From an uncultured Chloroflexota bacterium (lineage in GTDB: Bacteria > Chloroflexota > Dehalococcoidia > Lucifugimonadales > GCA-002694895), in the NCBI GenBank assembly GCA_950054395.1, contig CATLOZ010000001.1, positions 1 to 47,383 of the forward strand: a DNA stretch of 47,383 bases, written 5' to 3'. Both the position numbers and the translations under genes were made by a program. Positions 9,026 to 18,672 of the stretch are shown piece after piece (the first letter of the stretch is position 1; the number at the start of each line of letters is the position of its first letter). The notes below the pieces were generated by a model, which searched no databases, had not been told where the DNA came from, and saw only the letters and a program-made list of their open reading frames with translations.

Positions 9026-10266
9026 TGAGTTTCATTAAAAATAATCTAAAAATTAATGTTTTTTCTCCTTTTAAATATAGGGATTTTACTTATTTATGGC
9101 TGGGGGGTGTTACTGCAGGGATGGCCATGTCAATGAAAATACTTATATCAACGCAATGGCTTTATGACGAAACAGGCTCTTCAATTATTGTTGGGTTACT
9201 TGGAATAGCTCAGTTAATTCAAATGCCAGTAGTGATTTACGGCGGAGTTATGGCAGATGTTTCAGACAGAAAAAAACTTATGGTATATACTCAGTTAGTT
9301 TCTTTTCTGCTGTTATTATTTTTAGGAATTCTTGCACAAGCGGAAAGATTAATGCCATGGCATGTTTTTTTTGTCATTATTATAACAGGAATGACTAACA
9401 TGCTTGGGAATTCAAGCCGGCCTGCAATGCTTCCAAGGGTTATTCCAAAGCAATACATTACTGAGGCTATAGGCTTGTCCTCAGCTTCTTTTCAGGTTTC
9501 TTCTATAATTTCCCCTTTAATATTTTGGAAATCATTTGAATATCTTGGCCCTGCAGGAGCTTTTTATGTTGCGGCGAGCATTGCTTTTGTTAGTGTTTTT
9601 TCCCCACTTATGATTAATGCCAGCGGAGAATCTAAAGAAAGAAACAAAGAAAAGGCAATCAATTCTATTAAAGAAGGATATAAATTTATTTCTACTCATC
9701 CCATACTTCCGGGATTATATTTATTAGATATTTTTGTCACAATTGTTAGTTTTTATAGAAATTTGTTTCCGGTATTTTCTTCACAACTTTATTCAAAAGG
9801 AGTTGAGGGAACAGGATTATTAAATGCCTTTAATTCTTTTGGAACAATTTTTGGTGCGAGTATAGTTATGTATACTTCTAAGTTAAAAAACAAAGGACAA
9901 ATAGTGCTTGTTGCAACATTTGCATATTCTTTGCTTTTGATGCTTTTTGGTATAAATAAAAGTTTATATATCGGATTAGGATTGGTTGCTTTATTAGGAC
10001 TTACAGATGGGATTTCTATGGTAATGAGGCAAGCAATAGTACAATTAACTACGCCAGACAGATTGCTGGGAAGAGCAAGCAGTGCTCATAGTTTTACAGC
10101 TATGGGGGCGAATCATATTGGTCATTTCGAAGTTGGATTGTTATCTGCTATAGTAGGAGCTGGTACAACAATGTTATTAGGAGGAATAATTGCAAGTGTT
10201 GTTACATTGTTATTTTGGGTATTTTATAGCTCGATAAGAAACTACAGATATGTTTCAGAGTTATAG
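9025..10266 (+). CDS. MFS transporter (EntS/DUF894-like)
   Basis: 413 aa with roughly 12 predicted TM segments and an MFS_3-like N-terminus (FRDFTYLWLGGVTAGMAM). The start overlaps the mscS stop (TAATG). Confidence 0.7.
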   Translation: MSFIKNNLKINVFSPFKYRDFTYLWLGGVTAGMAMSMKILISTQWLYDETGSSIIVGLLGIAQLIQMPVVIYGGVMADVSDRKKLMVYTQLVSFLLLLFLGILAQAERLMPWHVFFVIIITGMTNMLGNSSRPAMLPRVIPKQYITEAIGLSSASFQVSSIISPLIFWKSFEYLGPAGAFYVAASIAFVSVFSPLMINASGESKERNKEKAINSIKEGYKFISTHPILPGLYLLDIFVTIVSFYRNLFPVFSSQLYSKGVEGTGLLNAFNSFGTIFGASIVMYTSKLKNKGQIVLVATFAYSLLLMLFGINKSLYIGLGLVALLGLTDGISMVMRQAIVQLTTPDRLLGRASSAHSFTAMGANHIGHFEVGLLSAIVGAGTTMLLGGIIASVVTLLFWVFYSSIRNYRYVSEL

Positions 10267-11385
10267 TTTTAATAAAGAAGCTAATTTATTTCTATGAAAA
10301 TTAGCATCACCATAAGCAATTTCTGCAGCTTTTGCTCTTCTGGAATAAAGTTGTATCCAATGTTCTTTAGTAAATCCAATGCCTCCATGAACTTGATGTG
10401 CAATTGCACATACTTTTGTATGTGAATCACTTGTCCAAGATTTAGCCATTGATACTTCTTTGCTTGCATTTTGATTGTTTGAAAGTTTCCAGGCTGCCTC
10501 GTATATAACAAACCTTGTTCCCTCTACTAATGTTGCCATTTCAGAGCAATGTCTTTGTATTTCTCCAAAAGTACCTATAGGGCGTCCAAATTGTGTTCGT
10601 GTTTTTGCATACTCAACTGTTCCTTCTAATACTTTCTCTCCGGCGCCTAACATTTCACAAGATTTTCCAATAGCAGCCATGTCAAATATTGTTTCTATTG
10701 TTTCCCATGCGTTATTTTCATTTCCAATTAAATTTGATGAAGGAATTTGAACATTATCAAGGTTGATAACAAATTGTTTGTCAGATGAAATTGTTGATAG
10801 GGGAGATATTGTAATACCTTCAGTTGAAGAAGGTATTAAAAACAAAGATATGTCTTTATCATTCTTTCCTGTTCTTGCTGTAACAAGTAATAAGTCAGAA
10901 ATGTTTGCGTTTGGCACAAACATTTTGGTGCCATAGAGTTTATATACATTATTATTCAAAGAAGCTTTTGTTTGTACTGATAATGGAGATATCAAATCAT
11001 CTTCTTCATAAAAAGCTAATGTAATAATTGATTCCCCAGAAATTACTTTTGGGAGAAGCTCTTCTTTTTGTTTTTCATTACCACTTATAAATATAGGCAT
11101 TCCTCCTAGTAGAACGGCTTCAAAAAGAGGTTCGGGTAATAAGACCCTTCCGGCTTCTTCTAATAATATACAAAACTCTAAAAAAGATAGCCCAAACCCA
11201 CCATATTTTTCAGGAAACGGAACCCCAAGCCATCCTTGGTTAACTATCTTTTCCCAAAGTTGCTTGTTATATCCTTCCTGGTCAGTTTCCATTTCCCTGA
11301 CATGTGTTTCAGGGCATTCGCTTGTAAAAAAATCTTTTGCTGTATTTTTTAACATTTTTTGTGTTTCATTTAAACTTAAATCCAT
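10261..11385 (-). CDS. Acyl-CoA dehydrogenase family protein
   Basis: ACAD three-domain layout; C-terminal HQVHGGIGFTKEH...; 374 aa. Paralogous to, and downstream of, the neighbouring ACAD. Confidence 0.8.
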   Translation of the reverse strand: MDLSLNETQKMLKNTAKDFFTSECPETHVREMETDQEGYNKQLWEKIVNQGWLGVPFPEKYGGFGLSFLEFCILLEEAGRVLLPEPLFEAVLLGGMPIFISGNEKQKEELLPKVISGESIITLAFYEEDDLISPLSVQTKASLNNNVYKLYGTKMFVPNANISDLLLVTARTGKNDKDISLFLIPSSTEGITISPLSTISSDKQFVINLDNVQIPSSNLIGNENNAWETIETIFDMAAIGKSCEMLGAGEKVLEGTVEYAKTRTQFGRPIGTFGEIQRHCSEMATLVEGTRFVIYEAAWKLSNNQNASKEVSMAKSWTSDSHTKVCAIAHQVHGGIGFTKEHWIQLYSRRAKAAEIAYGDANFHRNKLASLLKL

Positions 11386-11394
11386 AATTTACTC

Positions 11395-12588
11395 CTATCC
11401 TTTAGGTAACCCTAATCCTCTGGTAGCTATAATTCCCCTTTGGATTTCTGATGTTCCGGCTGCTATTGTTGCCGACACAGTTGAAAGGTATTCTTGTTCA
11501 ATTTTACCTTGCAGTTTGTTGTGTTTTGATTTTGGGCCAAGTTGTCCATATAGACCCAGCATTTTCATACCTAAATTAGCAACTTTTTGCTCAAGTACAG
11601 TGCCTAATAATTTTGACATGGAAGATTCTTTGTTTGGCACTTCTCCCTTGCTTTGCATGTCTGCAATTTTATATGACATTCCTCTTGAAACATTAATTTC
11701 TGTATATAATTCGGTTATTTCTTTTTTGATATTCGAGTCTTCTGATATTAGTTTTCCGCCACGTTTGTTTGTTTTGGCAAATTCAATAAGTTCTTCTAAT
11801 AAACTTAAGCAACGCGAAGAATACTCGACCCCGGATCTTTCAAAATCTAATAAAGTAGCTCCTACATACCACCCTCTATTAAGTTCTCCCACAAGATTTT
11901 TTTTTGATACCCTGACATTATCAAATGTGACCATGTTGAAATTATGCCTGTCGGCCATGTCAATTATAGGATTCACTTGAATTCCGTTTGATTTCATATC
12001 ATCAATAAGTAAAAAACTTATGCCTCTGTGCTTTGGTGCGTCAGGGTTTGTTCTGACCAATATAAACATTTTATCTGCTCTGTGCGCAGAAGAGGTCCAA
12101 ACTTTTGTGCCATTTATAATAAAATCGTCCCCATCTTCAACTGCCCTAGTTTGTAATGAAGCTAAATCAGACCCTGATTCGGGCTCTGAATATCCTTGGC
12201 ACCATTGTACTTTGCCTGCAGCTATGTCTGGTAAATAGTTTGTTTTTTGTTCTTCAGTACCATGTATCATTAATGTTGGAGCTAGCATTCTAATGCCAAA
12301 ACCATCTCTTCCTGGCGCTCTTGCGAGAGTCATTTCCTCAGCAAAAATCACTTGTTTTATCATTGAGGCATTTTGCCCCCCGTATTCTTTTGGCCAAGCC
12401 ATTGTTAACCAACCTTTTTTAGCTAATTTTGCCCTTATTTTTAAAGTGAACTCCCATTCATTGTCACTTGCGCCTTCTTCTAGGTTGTTTCCAGCAACCC
12501 CATCCCAATTTTTTGGAAGTTCATTTTTTAAAAATTCTCTGACTTCTTGTCTGAAATCGTCTTCTTCTTTGGTAAATGCAAATCTCAT
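11395..12588 (-). CDS. Acyl-CoA dehydrogenase family protein
   Basis: WCQGYSEPESGSDLASL and AGTSEIQRGIIA motifs typical of ACADs; 397 aa. Confidence 0.85.
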   Translation of the reverse strand: MRFAFTKEEDDFRQEVREFLKNELPKNWDGVAGNNLEEGASDNEWEFTLKIRAKLAKKGWLTMAWPKEYGGQNASMIKQVIFAEEMTLARAPGRDGFGIRMLAPTLMIHGTEEQKTNYLPDIAAGKVQWCQGYSEPESGSDLASLQTRAVEDGDDFIINGTKVWTSSAHRADKMFILVRTNPDAPKHRGISFLLIDDMKSNGIQVNPIIDMADRHNFNMVTFDNVRVSKKNLVGELNRGWYVGATLLDFERSGVEYSSRCLSLLEELIEFAKTNKRGGKLISEDSNIKKEITELYTEINVSRGMSYKIADMQSKGEVPNKESSMSKLLGTVLEQKVANLGMKMLGLYGQLGPKSKHNKLQGKIEQEYLSTVSATIAAGTSEIQRGIIATRGLGLPKG

Positions 12589-12653
12589 AATAACCTCTAA
12601 TCTTGTTTTATCAGGTTGAACTCTAAAAATTCTAATGCGGAATCATGCTATAT

Positions 12654-12680
12654 GTCAAACTTTAAAACAGAAAGTTTGAC
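12654..12680. promoter_or_regulatory. Perfect 10-7-10 inverted repeat (GTCAAACTTT-n7-AAAGTTTGAC) in a divergent promoter region; candidate operator and/or back-to-back -35 boxes
   Basis: Read directly from the sequence. On the minus strand, TTGACA (12658-12653) is followed after 18 nt by TAGAAT (12634-12629), upstream of the ACAD operon. On the plus strand, TTGACC (12676-12681) is followed after 17 nt by TAAACT, upstream of the hydrolase gene. Confidence 0.5.
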
Positions 12681-12736
12681 CAATAAATGCAAAAGGATTA
12701 AACTCCAAACTATAAAAATTATTATAAGAGGAAAAT

Positions 12737-14167
12737 ATGGAATTAGATATCAATTTATTAAAAAATACTGTAGAAGGAATTGTAAAGAAACATCAACTTC
12801 CCGGAATGGGAATAGGCATAGTTTCATCTCAGGAAACATTATTTATTCAAGGTTTTGGTTATTCTGAAATAGAAACACAAACTAAACATTCAGAAAAAAC
12901 TATTCAACGAATAGGGTCAATTACTAAAACCATGACTGCTTTGGCTGCTATTAGATTAGTTGAAAATGGTAAATTAGATATGGAATCAAAAGTTACTGAT
13001 TTAGTTCCAAGTATTAAGTTTAATAGTAAATTTAGTTCTATTAAAGTAAAACATTTATTTACTCATACTTCTGGTATTGGAGAAATGCCAGAAAAAAAAG
13101 ATTTTAGCGCAGCGGATATAAAATTATGGGGTGATACAGGGCCATTTGATATACCAAATCATTACCCTAATGGGATAGATGTTGATTTTGAACCAGGCAC
13201 TGATTGGCATTATGCTAATCATGCATGGGGTATATTAGGAGAAATTGTGGCAAGAGTTGAAAATGATTCTTGGCATAACGTTATTCAAAAAGTAATTTTT
13301 GACAAATTAGGAATGAGCGATTCTTATCCTGGAGATGAGCCCGTTGATGGTATGTCAGTTGGATATCATAGAGACTCTGGGCAAGATGAGTTGGACAGAA
13401 TGGAGTTGATTGGTGATGAATTAATTTATGGAGACCTTGTAGATAAAGTTAATATCAGAGGGGTAAAATATGATTATGTTGGAACTGCAGCAGCAGGTTC
13501 TGTAATGTCTACATTAGAAGATATGTGTACTTATTCCAGGGCATTATTAAATAAAAGTAATGGAATAATATCTCAGGATACATTTGACTCCATGCTTGAG
13601 GTTCAATATTCTCCTGATCCTGATTTAAGCATTAAAATGGGATTGGGATTTCAGATAAAAAGTATTATGGGGCATTATGCTTATGGTCACAACGGAGGTA
13701 TAAGTGGTGGTTGGAATACTGTTATGCTTTTGTTTCCAAAATTAGATATTGGATTAATTATTCATTTGAATTTATCTTCAGGATTAGTTGATGAAATTAC
13801 TGATGATATTGTTTATGTTTTGCTAGGGAAGCCGTCAATTAATATTGTTAAAACCCCTATTAATGATGAACAAAAAAATAAAATCATAGGTGTTTATATA
13901 CAAAGACCTGGATTTGTAGCTAGAAGTAGGCCGATAAGAAGTTTGGGCAGAATTCAAATTATTGAAAAAGATAATAATGTTTATATTCAATCTAGAAGAG
14001 GTGAATGGAGAGAAGCTACAAAAATTTTTAAATCTGATTATGGATCAAACATTTATGTTGTCGATGATGGAAAAATTAATCCTACATTAATTTCAATAAA
14101 TGGAGATACTTTGACTGTTGATAGATTGGCATCATTAGACAAAGATAATAGAGCAAAAACTTGGTAA
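12737..14167 (+). CDS. Serine hydrolase, beta-lactamase/transpeptidase-like (PF00144) with a C-terminal extension
   Basis: SxxK motif SITK, YxN motif YAN, GHNGG in the KTG position; 476 aa. RBS AGAGG upstream. Confidence 0.8.
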   Translation: MELDINLLKNTVEGIVKKHQLPGMGIGIVSSQETLFIQGFGYSEIETQTKHSEKTIQRIGSITKTMTALAAIRLVENGKLDMESKVTDLVPSIKFNSKFSSIKVKHLFTHTSGIGEMPEKKDFSAADIKLWGDTGPFDIPNHYPNGIDVDFEPGTDWHYANHAWGILGEIVARVENDSWHNVIQKVIFDKLGMSDSYPGDEPVDGMSVGYHRDSGQDELDRMELIGDELIYGDLVDKVNIRGVKYDYVGTAAAGSVMSTLEDMCTYSRALLNKSNGIISQDTFDSMLEVQYSPDPDLSIKMGLGFQIKSIMGHYAYGHNGGISGGWNTVMLLFPKLDIGLIIHLNLSSGLVDEITDDIVYVLLGKPSINIVKTPINDEQKNKIIGVYIQRPGFVARSRPIRSLGRIQIIEKDNNVYIQSRRGEWREATKIFKSDYGSNIYVVDDGKINPTLISINGDTLTVDRLASLDKDNRAKTW

Positions 14168-14251
14168 CTATAATGTAAATAATTGAGTTGATTATTATTT
14201 ACAGTAATATTATATTTTTATGACCTAATTAAAAACCCGAGGTTTTTTAAA

Positions 14252-15568
14252 TTGTTATATTCTTCTGAAAAAAATGAAATTACTATGGTTTTAAGTGGTG
14301 ATGCAATGATCACGAGACCATTGTCTGTATTTGACGAACCTCAATTTCTTGCCTTATCATATGTGTTTAAAAAAGCCGATGTTTCTTTTACTAATTTGGA
14401 AATGTTAATGCACGATTATGGCATTTCACCTGGTATACCTGGCGGTGTTTTTGCTGCTTCAGATCCAAAGAATTTGAATGAATTAGAATGGTTTGGGGTA
14501 AATATGGTGGCTTTAGCAAATAATCATTCTTGGGACTATTCTGAGGGTGGTATATTAAATCATTTAGCAAATCTGAAAAAAACAAATTTGATTTATTCTG
14601 GTATAGGTAAAAATTTAAGTGAAGCAAGAGCACCAGGCTATTTAGATACAAAAGCTGGCAGAGTTGCATTAATATCTTTAACTACAACATTTCCAGAAGC
14701 TGGAAGAGCAGTTCATCAAAGGCCTGATGCAATAGGTAGGCCAGGAGTTAATCCTCTAGGTTATGAACAGATTCATAAATTACCATTAAGTAAAATCAAA
14801 GAGTTGAAAACTATTTCTGAAAAAATGGGGTATAAAGAAAATAAAAAAGGTTTAAAGAAAAATCAAATAGATTTTTTAACAAAAACTTTTGAAACATCAA
14901 AAGAGTATGGAATTGATATTAGAACAAATAAAAGTGATGAATCTGAAATAATCAAATGGATAAAAGAAGCTAAAGCTATGGCTGATTATGTATTAGTTAG
15001 TATACATTGCCATGAAGATCCCTCAGGTGGTTACAGTTCAAATGGACAACGCGAGCAAACCCCTGAATTTTTAAGAAATTTTAGTAAGAAAATTCTTGAT
15101 AATGGTGCTGATGTAATAGCAGGTCATGGGCCTCATGTTTTAAGAGGAATGGAAATTTATAAAAACAAACCAATTTTTTATAGTCTTGGAAATTTTATTT
15201 TTCAAAATGACACTATTAAATGGCATCCTCATCCAACTTATGAAAATTTTGGGTTGGATCATTATGCAACTCCATCTGATTTTTATAATGTAAGATATGA
15301 TGGGGATACAAAAGGTTTTCCTGCGATGAAATATTATTGGGAAAGTGTAGTAGCAGAATGTGTCTTAACTCCAAAAGGAGTAAAGAAAATAAATTTATTT
15401 CCCATAGAATTAGGATATAAATTACCAAGACCTCAAAGAGGAAGGCCTGTTATAGCTAGAGAAGAAAATAAACAAAGAATTATAAATAAACTTGCAGATC
15501 TAAGCTCAGATTTTGGAACAGAAATTCAATATTCAGAAAGAGGCGTAGGGGAAGTTATTTTAAAATAG
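14252..15568 (+). CDS. CapA/PgsA-family metallophosphoesterase-like protein
   Basis: CapA-like blocks SGDAMITRP, ANNHSWDY, HCHE, GHGPHVLRG, YSLGNFIF. The start is TTG at 14252, or the in-frame ATG at 14285. Confidence 0.75.
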   Translation: MLYSSEKNEITMVLSGDAMITRPLSVFDEPQFLALSYVFKKADVSFTNLEMLMHDYGISPGIPGGVFAASDPKNLNELEWFGVNMVALANNHSWDYSEGGILNHLANLKKTNLIYSGIGKNLSEARAPGYLDTKAGRVALISLTTTFPEAGRAVHQRPDAIGRPGVNPLGYEQIHKLPLSKIKELKTISEKMGYKENKKGLKKNQIDFLTKTFETSKEYGIDIRTNKSDESEIIKWIKEAKAMADYVLVSIHCHEDPSGGYSSNGQREQTPEFLRNFSKKILDNGADVIAGHGPHVLRGMEIYKNKPIFYSLGNFIFQNDTIKWHPHPTYENFGLDHYATPSDFYNVRYDGDTKGFPAMKYYWESVVAECVLTPKGVKKINLFPIELGYKLPRPQRGRPVIAREENKQRIINKLADLSSDFGTEIQYSERGVGEVILK

Positions 15569-15588
15569 ATATTTTAAAAGGAGTAAAT

Positions 15589-16605
15589 ATGAAAGCGGCA
15601 AGAATATTAGCACCAAAGCAATTTGAAATTAGTGAAATAGATATGCCAATACCATCCAATGAACATGAAAGCTTGGTGAAACTTGAGAGCTGGTCTATTT
15701 GTGGCAGTGATATTAGAGATGCTTATGGACCGTTATTTTCTGAAGAAAATTATCCAATGCGTTGGGGCTCTCATTGCCATGAAGCTGTGGGAACAATATT
15801 AAATAGTAATTCAACTGAATTTCCAAATGGACAAAGAGTAATAGTTTTACCTTCTCCATTTGCAGATAACTCAGAAGCTGTCCCTGGCAGAGGTGGTGGA
15901 CTCTTAGCAGAATATGTTATTGGAAATCATTCAAGAATGATAAAAATACCTGATCATGGAAATTCTGAAGACTGGGTACTGTGTCAACCTTCAGGCACTG
16001 TTTTATATGCGTGCCAGTTGATGGGGACTATTTTAGGAAAAAACATAATGATTTTGGGACAAGGAGCGATTGGGTTGTCTTTCACTGCAATTTGTTCAAG
16101 GGCTGGCGCTAGAAAAGTAGTTGCAGTTGACAGTTTAGATTATCGTTTAGACAAAGCAAAAGAATTAGGCGCAACTGATGTAATTAATTATCAAAAAGAA
16201 AATTTAGAAGAATCAATTAAAGATATTAATGGTGGAGAATTTCCTGACATTACTGTAGAAGCTGCAGGTGATAATGAAGCATTTAATACCTCTTTAAAAG
16301 TTGTAAAACCTTTAGGTAAAATTCTAATTTTTGGCAAATTGCCTAAAGATTCTAAGGGAACACTGGCAACAATTGAAACTGAACACCTTTTACTTCATGG
16401 AGCCACTATAATTAATTCATCTGCTGTAAATAGTGGTGATCCTACTGGTCATATTGAAAGAATGGTTGAATTGAAAAACAGAGGTTGGTGGGATCCATCA
16501 ACAATGATTACACATAGTATGGAATTTGATGATTTACAAAAAGCATATGATATGTATGAAAACAGAGAAGATAATATTATAAAAGTAGTACTTAAACAGG
16601 ATTAA
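15589..16605 (+). CDS. Zinc-dependent medium-chain dehydrogenase/reductase (sorbitol/threonine-dehydrogenase-like)
   Basis: CGSD and HE Zn-ligand contexts; Rossmann GQGAIGL; 338 aa. RBS AAGGAG upstream. Confidence 0.8.
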   Translation: MKAARILAPKQFEISEIDMPIPSNEHESLVKLESWSICGSDIRDAYGPLFSEENYPMRWGSHCHEAVGTILNSNSTEFPNGQRVIVLPSPFADNSEAVPGRGGGLLAEYVIGNHSRMIKIPDHGNSEDWVLCQPSGTVLYACQLMGTILGKNIMILGQGAIGLSFTAICSRAGARKVVAVDSLDYRLDKAKELGATDVINYQKENLEESIKDINGGEFPDITVEAAGDNEAFNTSLKVVKPLGKILIFGKLPKDSKGTLATIETEHLLLHGATIINSSAVNSGDPTGHIERMVELKNRGWWDPSTMITHSMEFDDLQKAYDMYENREDNIIKVVLKQD

Positions 16606-16612
16606 TTATCAT

Positions 16613-17947
16613 ATGTCTATTTTAAATAATAATAATCAAGAAATATGGAAAACAGCATTAGGTGAAATTGAAACAAAAGTTCCCAAATCTTCGTATGAGA
16701 CATGGTTTAAATTTCCTAAAACTCAAGGTAAGCAAATTTCTAAAGATTGTTTTTTAATTGAATCTGAATCTGTTTTTATATCTGAGTATTTAGAACAAAG
16801 AATGTATTCAGTAATTTCTGATGTTTTGTGTAAATTGCTAGACAAAGAATTAGAATTAAAGTTTAAAGTATTAGGGTCACCTTTAGATTCGGAAGATAAA
16901 ATAAAGAATTCTTTACAAGATAATAAAGGATCAAGTCTTAATTTAAATTCCAATTATACTTTTGAAAATTTTGTATTGGGGCCTTCAAATGAATTAGCAT
17001 ATGCAGCTAGTATTGCTGTTTCAGAAAATATAGGAAAAACATATAATCCTTTATTGATTTATTCAGATGTTGGGTTGGGTAAAACTCATTTGTTACATGC
17101 GATTGGAAATAAATTAGTGCAAGACGGATCTCAATTTTATTATTTAACATGTGAAGAATTCACAAATGAATATATTAAGTCAATCAGGACAAATAAAACT
17201 GAATTATTTAGAAATAAATATAGGAATGCCGACGCTCTTTTATTAGATGATATACAATTCTTAATAGGAAAAGAGCAAACTCAGGAAGGTTTTTTTCATA
17301 CATTTAATTCTTTACATTTGTCAGGCAAACAAATTGTTATAACCAGTGATAGACCAATATCTTCACTGAAATTATTGGAAGACAGAATAACCTCCAGATT
17401 ATCCGGTGGATTAGTTGTTGACATTCAATTGCCTGATTATGAGACTAGATTAGATATTTTAAAGAAAAAAGTATTACTTAAAGGTATTAAAATTAAACAA
17501 GAAATTTTAGAGTCTTTAAGTAATAAACTTTATCACAACATTAGAGAAATGGAAGGTTCCTTAAATAAAATATTAGCATTATCTGAATTAACAGGAAAAG
17601 AATTAGATATAGAATCGGTAGAAGAATTGTTAGGAAATGCTGATACTAATTCTTATTTTGCTGACCCAGAGCAAATTATTTTAAAAGTAGCAAAATATTT
17701 TCAGATTGATATTTCTGATATGAAAGGAAAATCCAGGGAACAGAATTTGGTGATTGCAAGACAAATAGCTATGTTCATATTAAGAGAAGACAGCCAAATG
17801 AATTTAACTACAATTGGATTGTTATTTGGGGGCAGAGATCATACTACTGTTTTGCATGGGATAAGAAAAATTCAGACAGATGCCGCGACAAACCAAAATT
17901 TAAGAAGGGATTTATTGGCTATAAGATCTTCAGTGATAAATAATTAG
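16613..17947 (+). CDS. dnaA: Chromosomal replication initiator protein DnaA
   Basis: AAA+ Walker A GLGKTHLLHAIGN, Walker B LLLDDIQFL, domain IV RDHTTVLHGIRKI; 444 aa. Confidence 0.95.
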   Translation: MSILNNNNQEIWKTALGEIETKVPKSSYETWFKFPKTQGKQISKDCFLIESESVFISEYLEQRMYSVISDVLCKLLDKELELKFKVLGSPLDSEDKIKNSLQDNKGSSLNLNSNYTFENFVLGPSNELAYAASIAVSENIGKTYNPLLIYSDVGLGKTHLLHAIGNKLVQDGSQFYYLTCEEFTNEYIKSIRTNKTELFRNKYRNADALLLDDIQFLIGKEQTQEGFFHTFNSLHLSGKQIVITSDRPISSLKLLEDRITSRLSGGLVVDIQLPDYETRLDILKKKVLLKGIKIKQEILESLSNKLYHNIREMEGSLNKILALSELTGKELDIESVEELLGNADTNSYFADPEQIILKVAKYFQIDISDMKGKSREQNLVIARQIAMFILREDSQMNLTTIGLLFGGRDHTTVLHGIRKIQTDAATNQNLRRDLLAIRSSVINN

Positions 17948-17984
17948 AGGATATTAGTATTAAAAATTATCTGAAAATAATGTT

Positions 17985-18671
17985 ATGAAAATATTATTTG
18001 TAAGACATGCTGAAACTGATTGGAATAAAGCAAATCGATTTCAGGGTATCATTGATATTGATATCAATGAACATGGTAAATATCAAGCAAATTTATTATC
18101 AGAATATTTATATAAACAAGTTCCTAATATAAATAAAATTTATACAAGTCCCCTTAAAAGAACTAAGCATACAGCTATGTTTGTTGCCAAAAAATTTAAT
18201 TTCAATATAACTGAATTAGATTATCTTAAAGAATATAGTGTTGGAATTTTTGCCGGAAAAAATATTGATGAAATAAATAATGCTGAATATCAAGATACAT
18301 ACAAAGATTTCATGAAAGATAATAACTGGGATTTAGTTCCAGACGCTGAGAAATTTGAATCTAGGTATCAAAGAGCAATTAAGGCTTTGCAAACTATTTT
18401 TAATGATTCTGATAAAGACTCTTGTATATTAATTGTAAGTCATGGCGGCTTTATGCAAACTCTTATTAGTGTTTTGTTAGGTTCAAATAGAGTTTGGGGG
18501 TTTAAAACAAACAATACAGGAATATATGAGTTTTCAATTCAAGAAAATAATATTCAACTGACTGACGAAGGAAAGTGGGTATACAAACAAGATGATTATA
18601 TAGTTTTGAACCCTAAAAAGTGGAGTATAATAAGATTTAATGATGCGATTCATTTAAAGGAAGCAGAATAG
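17985..18671 (+). CDS. Histidine phosphatase family protein (phosphoglycerate mutase-like)
   Basis: RHAETDWN catalytic motif and VSHGG; 228 aa. Confidence 0.8.
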   Translation: MKILFVRHAETDWNKANRFQGIIDIDINEHGKYQANLLSEYLYKQVPNINKIYTSPLKRTKHTAMFVAKKFNFNITELDYLKEYSVGIFAGKNIDEINNAEYQDTYKDFMKDNNWDLVPDAEKFESRYQRAIKALQTIFNDSDKDSCILIVSHGGFMQTLISVLLGSNRVWGFKTNNTGIYEFSIQENNIQLTDEGKWVYKQDDYIVLNPKKWSIIRFNDAIHLKEAE

Positions 18672-18672
18672 A

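Noticed and set aside
11264-11980. A 238-aa plus-strand ORF spanning the junction of the two minus-strand acyl-CoA dehydrogenase genes. Similar antisense ORFs occur at 10475-10750, 12020-12238 and 12293-12619.
   Set aside because: It is antisense to two strongly supported ACAD genes. Its composition is Ser/Leu/Pro/Cys-rich and junk-like, with no motifs. The ACAD genes are GC-richer than the rest of the window, which suppresses stop codons on the opposite strand.
12616-12867. An 83-aa ORF overlapping the start of the serine hydrolase gene.
   Set aside because: It is in a different frame from a conserved PF00144 gene that has its own RBS. The product is Lys/Arg-rich and low-complexity. It covers the promoter region.
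14174-14250. Two small hairpins between the hydrolase and CapA-like genes (TGTAAATAAT/ATTATTTACA, and AAAAACC-CGA-GGTTTTT) as terminators.
   Set aside because: The stems are almost entirely A-T and would be marginally stable. I did not list them as features, but they could still attenuate transcription.
16400-18000. An expected oriC or DnaA-box cluster flanking dnaA.
   Set aside because: Only 7 nt upstream and 37 nt downstream are non-coding. The nearest box-like strings (TTATCATAT, TTATCTGAA) have 3 or more mismatches to TTATCCACA.
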